From: Mobula birostris
Lineage: Eukaryota
Length of the DNA stretch: 64,000 nt
Reading direction: 5' to 3'
NCBI RefSeq assembly: GCF_030028105.1
Contig: NC_092376.1
Coordinates: 53,306,935 to 53,370,934 of the forward strand
Notes under the pieces: generated by a model
Database searches by the model: none
Told to the model about the DNA's origin: nothing
Seen by the model: the letters and a program-made list of their open reading frames with translations, nothing else
Shown: one piece after another, positions 49,673 to 61,276 of the stretch
How the letters are laid out: each line of letters starts with the position of its first letter
How positions within the stretch are numbered: position 1 is the first letter of the stretch
Program-made: the position numbers and the translations under genes

Positions 49673-51710
49673 GATTTCCAGTTATTTGGGCCATCGGTTA
49701 ATATCTGGGACAATAACAAAATCTAATCGAGAAATTAGCTGCAACTCTCTTCGTTTATTTGGGCACTATAGCAATTAATTGGGACAGGAGACAGATTGCC
49801 GAACAGTTTCTAACTAGCATCGGTTGCATTCAATGGTGGCTGTTAAGACACTACACCGTGCTTAGAGCGAATAGTTTTTAAATAGCTTCAGTTGTGTGCC
49901 CTTGCGTTATCTAAATGGGCCGACGGACGCTGATTCAAAAAGCAGTGATTTTTGATCATTTTCTTTGTTTAATGTCTAAAAAATTTCAGACCCGTGCCAA
50001 GATGCCAAGAAAAGATTTGACCCTGGCCGAAAAAATTACGGTACTGGACCAGATTAAAAGCCATCCGCCTAACACCACTCATCGTCAGCTGGCAGTGATA
50101 ACTGGAGTGCCAAAATCTACAATTGCACGCTTGATACAACAGCAAGATAAACTGCGAGAAGAATGGGCATTATGTGAGGGACAGCAGGGAACATCCCAAA
50201 AACGAAAGCGTGAAGGTAAGAATCCAGATGTTGAAAAGGCCCTCAATCAATGGTTTTCCGTGGTAACCGGACGAGGTGTGAGAGTCAGTGGACCAATGTT
50301 AAAAAACAAATCAGAGGAGTTGGCTAAGAAGCTGGGCCACAGAGATTTTAAAGCAACAGATGGTTGGTTATCTCGCTGGAAGTGTAGGCATCACATTCAA
50401 TTCAAGAAAACACATGGAGAGAAAAGTGGTTCTGATGCTTTAAATGCAGAGGCATGGAAATCTACAAAACTGCCAGACTTGCTTCAAAAATTTTGTGCAG
50501 ATGATATCTACAATGCTGACGAAACGGGCCTTTTTTATCGTGCCATACTATCAGGTACAAAGAAAGCAATAGATCGCATAACGGTCTTGTGTTGTTCAAA
50601 TATGTCGGGGACTGATAAAAAGAAACTGTTGGTTATTGGAAAAAGTGTTAAGCCTCGGTGCTTTAAGGGGCTAAGAATGGATAGTTTACCAATCGAATAC
50701 TATGCTAATAAGAATGCGTGGATGACTTCTGACATTTTTAAGAATTGGCTGATGAGTTGGGATATGGAGCTACAGCGGAAATCAAGAAAAGTTCTTCTCC
50801 TTGTTGACAATTGTGCAGCATACCCTAATGTAGAATGTTTGAAAAACATTCAGCTGGAATTTCTGCCTGCCAGTAGAACATACTTGGTACAGCCAATGGA
50901 CATGGGGATCATAAAAAAATTAAAGACACTGTATCGCAGAAAGTTGGTTAACCACATTCTTGAAGCAATTGAAGAAAATCTACTGACATCTTCTGCAACA
51001 GCCAAGGAAGTGTGTGCAAGGGTTAACCTTTTACAGGCAATACAGTTTGTCACTGATAGTTGGCGAGAAATAAGCAGTAAAACAATTCAGAACTGTTTTG
51101 CTCTTTGCGGTTTCAAGCATTCAGGCTTTGAGATGACAGAAATGGCCGGGAGTGAAAATGAAACGATTTCAGTCCTTCAGGTTGGGAACTACGACGAATT
51201 TGAAGTTATCGACAATCATCTTGAATGTTACAATGAAAACGAAGATTTGGAGGATGCAATCGTTGAAAGCATTGTATCAATAAACCAAGGTGGGAAATAT
51301 GAAGATGAGGAAAGTGATCAAGATGACACATCTGAACCTGAGCTAGTGACTACACAGGATGCCAGGAAATTCATTGTTGGATTACAACGCTATTTCATGC
51401 AGGAAGGCAATGAAGGCAGTCCACTATCTGCACTAAGTGTCTGTGCTGATTTTGTTCATTTACAGTCAATCAAAAGAAAACGGCTGCGTACACTGGACGA
51501 ATTTCTCCGTCGATGACTATTAGGAACTAATACAGTTTTATTGTACTGTAGTAGTATTGCTAGTGTTCTAATTTGTTCTGTATTTCATTTAAATATATAA
51601 TTAGTTATTCAGTTAAACAGTCATTCGCCTTTTTTATACCTTTTTAACTATTTCCATGAAACCAGCTTAATTTGTCTAACTGTACTGCCCCAATTAACCA
51701 GAATCCACTA
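49673..51710 (+). mobile_element. Full-length Tigger element with damaged TIRs, copy 2
   Basis: Right TIR cccaattaaccagaatccacta then TA; left terminus deleted. Confidence 0.85.
50002..51516 (+). CDS. pogo/Tigger transposase-derived protein, copy 2, 504 aa
   Basis: Same domains; identical to copy 1 for about the first 940 nt; acceptor tttcag at 49989. Confidence 0.9.
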   Translation: MPRKDLTLAEKITVLDQIKSHPPNTTHRQLAVITGVPKSTIARLIQQQDKLREEWALCEGQQGTSQKRKREGKNPDVEKALNQWFSVVTGRGVRVSGPMLKNKSEELAKKLGHRDFKATDGWLSRWKCRHHIQFKKTHGEKSGSDALNAEAWKSTKLPDLLQKFCADDIYNADETGLFYRAILSGTKKAIDRITVLCCSNMSGTDKKKLLVIGKSVKPRCFKGLRMDSLPIEYYANKNAWMTSDIFKNWLMSWDMELQRKSRKVLLLVDNCAAYPNVECLKNIQLEFLPASRTYLVQPMDMGIIKKLKTLYRRKLVNHILEAIEENLLTSSATAKEVCARVNLLQAIQFVTDSWREISSKTIQNCFALCGFKHSGFEMTEMAGSENETISVLQVGNYDEFEVIDNHLECYNENEDLEDAIVESIVSINQGGKYEDEESDQDDTSEPELVTTQDARKFIVGLQRYFMQEGNEGSPLSALSVCADFVHLQSIKRKRLRTLDEFLRR

Positions 51711-52182
51711 TATTGCCATTTTAATAGTTTGCCCCCTGACTTAATTAGGTCAATAATTGTTTATGGTTGAACACATTATAACAGAATATTCATTTACTAC
51801 ATTTTATAATTAGGAATGTTTCATTTTCTAGTGGTCTGCACAATTTTTGAATGGGTGAGGGTTATTTCCTGAATACAGCTAAAAAAAAAACAAGAAGCTT
51901 AGCTACGATAACTGATGTCATAAATCTGTACTTGTACTACGTTAAACTTTTCAAATTTACTGCTGTAAGGCACAGGGCATAAATGCTATGAACATTAGCT
52001 TTTTTGCAGCAGCAGCAGCAGCACCGTACAAGTAATAGTTATATTGTAAAGGAAGGTTCCAGGTAATTCTGAGGTTTGTAATGAACCAGTTAATATTGGC
52101 AGATATATTACTTGTGATCTATTATTGTACTGTGCTGAAGCAAATTGAGTTCCCAGTTCTGCCTGCACATCCATTGGGTATA

Positions 52183-52955
52183 CAGTGAATTTCAATTAAT
52201 CAGGTCATTGTTTAATCTGGCCAGCCACTTATTTGGGACAGCTCTTAAAGAACATTAACTAATCAAGAAAATAGCCAGGATTCCCTTTGTTTATTTGAGA
52301 TAGTATGCTGCTTAATTAACCCAGGAGACTGTTGATGAACAGTTTCCAATTAGCATCAGTCATGTGCACTTGTGTGGCCGTTAGACACTACACTGTGCTG
52401 AGAGCAAACAATTTTGAAATAGCTTCAGTTGCATGTATTTGTGTTCAAAAAGCAATGTTCTTTTGTCACTGGTAGTTGAAAACAAATAAGCAATAAGACA
52501 ATTCAGAACTGTTAAGCTCACTGCAAGTATTCAGGCTTGGAGATACCAAAAATAGCCCAGTGAAAATGAAACAATTAGAAACTATGAAGAATTTTGAAGG
52601 TATCGACAATCATCTTGAATGTTTCAATTAAAATGAAGATTTGGAAGATGTAATCATCAAAAGCACTGTTTAAAAGCAGTCCACTATCTGCACTAGGTGC
52701 CTGCATTCATTTTGTTCATTTATAGTCAATCAAAGAACATCAGTGAACACTGAATGAACTCCTCCGTTGATAACTATTAGCAACTAATACAGTTTTATAG
52801 TTCTCTAATAGTCTTGTTACTGTTCTAATTTATTCTGTATTCTATTTAAATACATAATTTGTTGCTTTTTAAACTATTTCCATAAAACTTTGGCTAATTG
52901 CAGCAGCTGCTTAATTGGACCAAAACGTACTTGTCCTGATGTGATGAGTGCACTG
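52183..52955 (+). mobile_element. Non-autonomous Tigger derivative at the site orthologous to 39536-40302
   Basis: TA+cagtg...cactg+TA; same right flank as the 40302 copy; empty site at 61817-61820. Confidence 0.85.
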
Positions 52956-52994
52956 TATATGGATGCTGTTTGGAAAAAAGATTCATTTGAGGTT

Positions 52995-53056
52995 CTCTTT
53001 TACTTGTTTCACCACTGCTTACAGCAACTTCTGCCCATCACTGAGTTGGAGAATTC
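52995..53056 (-). pseudogene. Second truncated duplicate of DYNC2H1 coding exon 4 with an internal deletion
   Basis: tgtttcaccactgcttacagcaacttctgccca...gagaattcctttcaaaacataaat aligns to ~5845-5940. Confidence 0.85.
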
Positions 53057-54649
53057 CTTTCAAAACATAAATAAAATGTTTGTATTGTATTATTGTTCAC
53101 ATTTCATGTGCTAAATGGAATAGAAATTAACACGATAGATATTTTCAGACTATATTGTTTTAATGAAAAAAACATATGAATCACTATTCATGAACATTTT
53201 TTTTATATTAATATATACTGTAGTAATATATTCTATATTTGAATTCACATTCAAAGTAAATTTATTATGGAAGTACATATGTCACTATAGATATGTTTTC
53301 TTGCAGGCATACTCAGTAAATACAAGAACCATAATAGAATCAATGAACAGGGTCCACAGGGTGGACAAACAACCAACATGCAAAGACAACAAATTGCAAA
53401 TACAAAAGAAAAACTGCTACTACTACTAATAGTAATAATAATAATAAGTAAATAAACAACAAATATTAAGAACATGAGATGAAGAGATTGAACTCTGAAC
53501 TCAGACGCCCTGAGCTTTGATAGTCTCGTGCTAACCGCTATGCTATCATGGTGCCCCATTTTGTATGCTTCAGTGAAATAAGCTCCAATTCTTCTCAACT
53601 CTAGAGAGAAGGCTGTATGCTTATTCTCCTCATAGGACTGAGTATCCCCCCTCAGTACTCAGAATCAATCTGGTGATCTTTCTCTGCACTGAGATAGTCT
53701 TCTAATGTAGGGAAAACTAGGCCTACACAAGTTATCCACTTTTCTGGTTTTTAAGTCAAGCCCTACTTATACGGAAGTGACATATTCCCCCGCCTCCACA
53801 CAATGTCAGACCTGGACTCATGCTTGTTCATGTATGGATTTAGAAAAGTCAAAATTTCTGACAAGACATAAGTATAAGGTTTGGTAAATAACAAAGAAAC
53901 TGAACACTATCTTACGAAGACTAATAGAATTTAGCAAAATGGAGAGAGAAGTGGTAGTTGTGTTTAAAGTGGATAACTAGTGAAATAATACATTCTGGCG
54001 ATAAAAGAACAAAAGAAAATACACCAAAGTGAAAGCCAAAAACATATAAGAACAAGATCCCTAGAATTCCAGACTCAAGAATAGGAATAATTGAGTTCAA
54101 TATTAGATCAGTTACAATGAATTAGGCAACCCACACAGATACTTGGATTAGGTTTCACCATAACAAAATGTAACCTTGTACTGACAGAGTGACCAGAGAG
54201 TGGATTCAATTAGATGATAAAGGCAGGGAACTGTGGCTCAGTATGAACAAGCATGGACAAACAAAGAGCTTGCAGTTTTACAGTCTTTCATAATTCAGGA
54301 TATCCTAAAGTACCCAAATGAAGTACTGTGGCAACTTAGGAAATACAGTGAATTTTATGGCTCATATCAACCTGTAAACAACCGATAAATAGTTTTAGTA
54401 CTAACAGCAATGCAATAAGCATCAGCTAGATCTCCAGGAAATAATTGTCTGAAAGAACTTCTATATCTGAGAGAATCAAGTGTTTGATATTTCTTATGAA
54501 AAATTAATAAATTCACTTCCATGAGTAATGTATGGCAGCGACATCCTAGATTTATTTCTGTGCTGAAAAGTCTACAACTTATCTAATCAATTTATAAATC
54601 AAAGTTAAGAGTACTACGAAATGAGCCATAGAAAACAAACTCCTTCATT

Positions 54650-55460
54650 TAGAACCAGAATCAAGTTTATTATCACCAGCATGTGTCGTGAAATTTGTTA
54701 ACTTAGCAGCAGTTGTTCAATGCAATACATAGTATAGAAGAAAAAAATAATAAATTACTGTATATGCAAATTGAATAAATTAGAAATTGTGCAAAAACAG
54801 AAATAATACACGTTAAAAAAAAGTGAGAGAGCGTTCATGGGATCAATGTCCATTTAGGAATCGGATGGCAGAGGGGAAGAAGTTGTTCCTGAATCACTGA
54901 GTGTGTGCCTTCAGGATTCTGTACTTCCTACCTGTTGGTAACAGTGAGAAAAGGGCATACTCTGGGTGCTGGGGGTCCCTAATAATGGACACTGCCTTGC
55001 TGAGACACCGCTCCTTGAAGATGTCCTGGGTACTTTGTAGACTAGTACCCAAGATGGAGCCGACTAAATTTACGACTCTCTGCAGCTTCCTTCAGTCCTG
55101 TGTAGAAGTCTCCCCCGCCCCATACCAGACACTGATGCAGCCTGTCAGAATACACTCCACAGTACATCTATAGAGGTTTTTGTTGACACACCAAATCTCT
55201 TCAAACTCCTAATGAAGTATAGCCACCATCTTGCCTTCCTTATAGCTGCATCGATAAGTTGGGATCAGATTAGGTCCAGAGATCTTGACAGCCAGGATCT
55301 TGAAACTGCTCACTCTCTCCACTTCTGATCCTTCTATGAGGATTGGTATGTGTTCCTTCGTCTTGCCCTTCCTAAAGTCCACAATCAGCTCTTTCATCTT
55401 ACTGACATCGAGCTCAAGGTTGTTGCTGTGACACCACTAGTTGGTATATCTCACTTCTGC
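54650..55460 (-). mobile_element. Rex1/Babar-like LINE 3' fragment
   Basis: KELIVDFRKG...IEGSEVERVSSFK. Confidence 0.7.
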
Positions 55461-56387
55461 TACAGTAAAAGAGACAACAGAGTTGATGGGGCAAGATAAT
55501 TTCTTCTGACTGAAATCAATCTCAAGCCATTATCAATGCATAAATATCACCAAAAACGTGATGAGAAATAAGATCATAAGACAGAGGAGAATTAAGCCAT
55601 ATTGCCCAACAAGCCTGCTCCGCCATTCAATCATGGCTGATTTTATTCCCTTTCAACACCATTCTCCTGTCTTCTCCCTTTATGCTTTGCCATCCTTACT
55701 AATCAGGAACATAGCAACCTCAGCTTTAAATATACCCAATGACTTGGCCTCCACAGCCATCTATAGCAATGAATTCCATAGATTCACCAGCTTCTGGCTA
55801 ATGAAATTTCATCTCATCTCTGTTCGAAAGAGACATCCTGTTATACAGAGGCTGTTCACACCTATCCAAGACTCTCCCTCTACTAGAAACATCCTCTCCA
55901 CGTCTACTCTATCCAGGCCTCTCAATATTTGGTAGGTTTCAATGAGACTGTCCTTGTCCTAAACCCAGATCCATCAAATGCTCCTCATATGTTAACCTTT
56001 TCAGCCTCAAGATCATTCTCATAAACCTCCTCTGGACCTTCTCCAATGCCAGCACATACTTTCATGGATTAAGGAGCCCAAAAACTGCTCAAAAAATTCC
56101 ACATGTAACCTTATGAAGATTTATCATTACATCCATGCTTCTATATTCTAGTCATTTCAAAAAGAATGCGAACATTGCATTTGCTTTGCTTACTACCAAC
56201 TCAGCCTGCAAGTTAACCTTCAGGGAGTCCTGCATGAGGACTCTCAAGTCCCTTTGTACCTCCACAGCACTCAATAGAACAGCCCATCACATTTCCCTAG
56301 GAGAAAGGATCTCATTGTACCAGTGGGCAGTGGGTGAAGCTTCCTTTGGCTCAGTTCAAGTTTTAATTGTCACTCACCATATACATA

Positions 56388-57988
56388 CAGTGATATGCAA
56401 AATTTTGGGCACCCCGGTCAAAATTTCTGTTACTGTGAATAGCTAAGCCTGTAAAAAATGAACTGATTTCTAAAAGACATAAGGTTAAAGATGACACATT
56501 TCTTTAATATTTTAAGCAAGAAAACTTTTTTATTTCCATCCTTTGCAGTTTCAAAATAACAAAAAAGGAAAAGGGCCTGAAGTAAAAGTTTGGGCACCTT
56601 GCATGGCAGTACTTAGTAAAACCCACTTTGGCAAGTATCACAGCTTGTAAATGCTTTTTGTAGCCAGCTAAGAGTCTTTCAATTCTTGTCTGGGGGATTT
56701 TCACCCATTCTTCCCTGCAAAAGGCTTCTAGTTCTGTGAGATTCTTGGGCCGTCTTGCACGCACTGCTCTTTTGAGGTCTATCCACAGATTCTCGAAGAT
56801 GTTTAGGTCAGGGGACTGTGAGGGCCATGGCAAAAACTTCAGCTTGCGCCTCTTGAGGTAGTCCATTGTGGATTTTGAGGTGTGTTTAGGATCATTATCC
56901 AGTTGTAGAAGCCATCCTCTTTCCATCTTCGGCTTTTTTACAGACAGTGTGATGTTTGCTTCCAGAATTTGCTGGTATTTAATTGAATTCATTCTTCTCT
57001 CTACCAGTAAATGTTCCCCGTGCCACTGGCTGCAACACAAGCCCAAAGCATGATTGATCCGCCCCTGTGCTTAACAGTTGGAGAGGGGTTCTTTTCATGA
57101 AATTCTGCACCCTTTTTTCTCCAAACTTTGCTTATTGCAGCCAAAAAGTTCTATTCAAAAGGTTCAGAGCAACATCTAAACAAGCCTGATGCATTTTGGA
57201 AACAAGTCCTGTGGACTGATGAAGTTAAAGTAGAAATTTTTGGCCGCAATGAGCAAAGGTATATTTGGAGAAAAAAGGGTGCAGAATTTCATGAAAAGAA
57301 CCTCTCACAGGAGTGGATCGATCATGCTTTGAGCTTGTGTTGCAGCCAGTGGCACGGGGAACATTTACTGGTAGAGGGAAGAATGAATTCAATTAAATAC
57401 CAGCAAATTCTGGAAGCCAACATCACACTGTCAGTAAAAAAGCCGAAGATGGAAAGAGGATGGCTTCTACAACAGGATAATGATCCTAAACACACCTCAA
57501 AATCCACAATGGACTACCACAAGAGGCGCAAGCTGAAGTTTTTGCCATGGCCCTCACAGTCCCCTGACGTAATCATCTTTGAGAATCTGTGGATAGACCT
57601 CAAAAGAGCAGTGCATGCAAGACGGCCCAAGTATCTCACAGAACTAGAAGCCTTTTGCAGGGAAAAATGGGCGAAAATCCCCCAAACAAGAATTAAAAGA
57701 CTCTTAGCTGGCTACAAAAAGCATCTACAAGCTGTGATACTTGCCAAAGTGGGTGTTACTAAGTACTGCCATGCAGGGTGCCCAAACTTTTGCTTCTGGC
57801 CCTTTTCCTGTTTTGTTATTTTGAAACTGCAAAGGATGGAAATAAAAATGTTTTCTTGCTTAAAATAGTAAAGAAATGTGTCATCTTTAACTTTATGCCT
57901 TTTGGGAATCAGTTCATCTTTTACTCACTTAGCTATTCACAGCAACAGAAATTTTGACCAGGGGTGCCCAAACTTTTGCATGCCACTG
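56388..57988. mobile_element. Tc1 (DD34E, IR/DR type) element rearranged into a palindrome
   Basis: TA+CAGTG...CACTG+TA; two inverted copies of the transposase C-terminal half (56504-57046 minus, 57128-57868 plus; WTDE, QDNDPKH, SPD....ENLW). Confidence 0.92.
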
Positions 57989-59228
57989 TATATATAGCGA
58001 TACATGAAATAGCATTGCTCCTGGGCCAAGTGCAAAATACAGTACATAATTCACACACAATACACATAGTAATAATAGTACATACAGTCACAAAAATATT
58101 AGCACGTCCCTGAGTGCATTGGCCTTAAGATTGATTATGCATGTGATGCTGTCCTGCAGCGATATTTCAGTGTCACATCAGTTCTTCATCTTGTGCCGTA
58201 AATCCAGCTTGCCTTCCAGGGAGCGAAGACTGCAGAGTAATACAAGCGGAAAAGTCATCCTGTAGGGGACCAGGCCCCAACCCAGCACAGATTTTCCCTG
58301 TAGAAGTGGGATGCAGAGGATTCGTTGCTACATCTATGACCAGGACCAGTCTATTGAAGAAGATGGGGGTGAGGGGTCACTCCCTCCAACAAGCTGTCAA
58401 ATGCAGCAGAAGAAAGCAGCAATTGGATTTGGATTAAAAGGAAAGACAACAACTGGGCTGCAAGATGAAGACAGGAGGGTATGGAACTGAGGGGGGTGTA
58501 TCTGGGACGCCAGGTAGCACCGTTGAGCCCTCTGGAGATGTCGTGGGCTTATCAACGAAACGTCAAAGGAGGGTGCCCACCTGATGACCCCGATGACGTA
58601 CCTACCCTCCCTCCTTGTCACCACTCCAAACCCACTGCCAACATCGAGAGTGCCAATTTACCATAGGGATTGAAACATCAAGTCCTAGTAGCTCTACTCT
58701 ACTTTCCCACAGCGCCTCCATCGCTGGATATCTGTAACAGGCACGAGGTCCTGTTCGCACAGGAACCAAAGCCATGCAGCTTCCTTGCAGTCGGTCTCCC
58801 CAACACACCCGATTTACAGTGTTTTAGATAACCACTGTCCAAAAAGACCTTGCGACCACAAGGAAAATATTTAAGACCCACGTCTAGCACAGACAAAATG
58901 CTGGAGGAACTCAGCAGGCCTGACAGCGTGTATGGAGAAGGGTTTCCAGCCGAGACTATTCAACAGCCCTGACATCGACTATTATCTCATTTTCACAGGT
59001 GCTGCCTGACCTGCTGAGCTCCTCCAGCATTTTGTGTGTGCTAGACGTGTGTCTTAAATATTTTTCTTTTGGTCGCAAGGCCTTTTTGGACAGTGGTAAT
59101 CTAAAACACTGTAAAGTTCCAACATCTGCAGATGTTCTCTTGTTCGTGATAAGACGCACATTTGCCTCAGGTGTTGGACCCAGAGAGGCAGCTGCGACCA
59201 AGCGCGCTACCATCTTACCGGACTTGTC

Positions 59229-60800
59229 CCGCCGTTTTCAACACGCTCCGCGTCCCCACGGGGCAAATCTCCGCACTACCGCGTTATGGGTGGTAACTAA
59301 CTGCAGAGCTCGCCGAACTGGGAGGCAGGAGCTGGCGGGCCGGGCGATCAGCTCAAGCCCGCCCGGTTGGCAACAAACAGCGTCCACAGTTACCCCACAC
59401 GGCAACGGCCCAGCAGAGCGGAAGTGACGCATCGCCGAGAAAGGGAACGTCATTGCGCCGTGGCTTAAAGCGGTAAACCACCATCTCCCGCCTAGACAAT
59501 ACCACAGAAAGCTGGCACAAGCGCGGGGCGGCGCTGTCCCCTTTAAGGAATTCGCCGGGTTGTTAGGTGGACGCCCTCGCACAAGTTGCACCGCCTCTGG
59601 AAGGACCGCGGGGCAGAAGCGGGGCGCGATGAACGGCGATGACTCGCAGTCGCTCTGAGGGGCACCGCCACTGACGGGAGTGCTGCAGCTGTTGGTCAGC
59701 GCGTGTGGTGACGGTCAGATGTACAGAATAATATTGCTCTGGGCTCCAACTCTGCTCCTGTGGCGAAACCTGCGCTTGGCGGCGGCATCCCAGATGGGGA
59801 AATGTCTTCCCCTTGGGCAGTGATTTGTTTGCAGGGGGGTGACAATTACCAGCGGCCGCTCTCTGCTGCCGTGGGTTATTTCAGTCTACAGGGTCAATGC
59901 AGCCTATGTCAGGCCTGCCACTCAATGCGCTTGTCTCAGCAGCGCCCCGGTTGCAACCCTCGCTCCCCCTACAGTGCGCGCTGTCGGGCAGTGGCTGCGC
60001 CGACCTTGTCCCTCAGCCCCGGAAGTGATCGCAGTGTCGTTGTTGGAGTCGCCGAGACCGAACTGTAGAGGCAACGCGGGGAGCGGATAAACGCCGCGTG
60101 TTCCCGGCTGCCCGGAGCGGCGGGGTGACAGGTGCAGCCGCGCTCTGATCCTCCACGACCCGTCCGCATTCCGCGCCGGCTCCCTTCTATACGTGCGATG
60201 TGTAAAGGGGGAGGGCGGGCGTCGGCTCCCGGGTCCGGCCCGGATGTCCCCTCAGGGCTGATGATTCTTCTCCTCCCGAGGCGGCGGGTTCCGACAGCAG
60301 AGCGTCTGCTTCGGAGCCTCTTCATGTCGTCTTCCTGCCCGGCGCGGGCCAGCCCGCCCTCTCCCTCGGTGACCGGCTTGTCTCCTACTGAGTGCTGCTT
60401 ATGGGGGAGGGGGTGGTGAGAGGGAGGGGTGTATCCGCTGCGCGAAAGGGCGATTTCTTTGTCAGACCCGATCCCAAATCCCCGAAACCCACACAATTTC
60501 CTGCCCGGTAGTAGAGGCGCCCGGTGGCCTTTCGGAAGTTGGTGTCGAGAGGTGGCTGGTGTGTGTTGCACAGCGCAGTAATCGTTAAGACCTTCAATTA
60601 GTCATCCTGTAAACGACGCAAAGAGAAATTTTATTGTAACTTTGTTTTTTGACCTGAATCTAGGTCGTTCACTCAGTCAAGGAAGGCCCCACCGAACGTA
60701 ATTAGCATTTCTTCTGAACGGCTTCCCCTCTAAATTGCACAGTAATTGCGAGGCATTGGAGCGGATGCTGCCTGTCAAAGCTCCGTTCTGGCGGCAGCTC
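59229..60800. promoter_or_regulatory. CpG-island promoter, copy 3
   Basis: 59257-59459 matches 34851-35054 including the ETS-CRE and X-box-like motifs; ~59677-60142 matches ~35192-35657. Confidence 0.8.
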
Positions 60801-61276
60801 CTTCTGGTGGGATCGAGGGCCTTTACCAATACAATTGCGCAGTTAGTCACCATCTTTGAAGAGACGTCAAGAGTTAATCATAAGATTTAATAGTATTTTG
60901 GGGTTTGCTTGTTAAGCTTTTAGAGAATTTATTTCTGGTTGATTTCTACCTTTTTATTTGTCGCCTAGGCCAGTTGGAAAACATTGGCCTAAAGGTCAGT
61001 GAAAGAGTTGTAATTTCAAAAGCAGTCAAATTAACCATCGCATTTTTCGTGGACCTATTTAAGATGCCATTAGCATTGTCTGTTATTTTTGTTATGTCCA
61101 GTCTGCTTCTGGTTCATGATTTGTTCTGCAGCGTTCAGAACGAAAACGTAACATTCCAGAGGTTTTTTTAATGCACTCTTTATTTCAGTTAAACGTGCAG
61201 ATGGTGTTTTGTCCTTGTAGTTAGGGATTTGTACACAAAACCGTGTTTAACACTCTCGTTGTAATTTTTTTTCTAG

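Larger units (their letters stand above)
40361..52994 (+). repeat. Tandem segmental duplicate unit 2
   Basis: Collinear blocks homologous to ~5845-7020, ~29160-30560, ~33140-34920 and ~35210-40347. Confidence 0.85.

Noticed and set aside
49915-50001. 29-aa N-terminal extension of Tigger ORF copy 2
   Set aside because: Lies mostly upstream of the conserved acceptor at 49989 and is not preserved in copy 1; ATG 50002 preferred
57128-57868. Intact Tc1 transposase gene
   Set aside because: Lacks the paired-like DNA-binding half, has a scrambled segment after KGAEFHEKNL, and starts at a non-ATG codon
59969-60571. 200-aa minus-strand ORF in CpG island 3
   Set aside because: Low-complexity Arg/Pro/Gly composition; not preserved in copies 1 and 2
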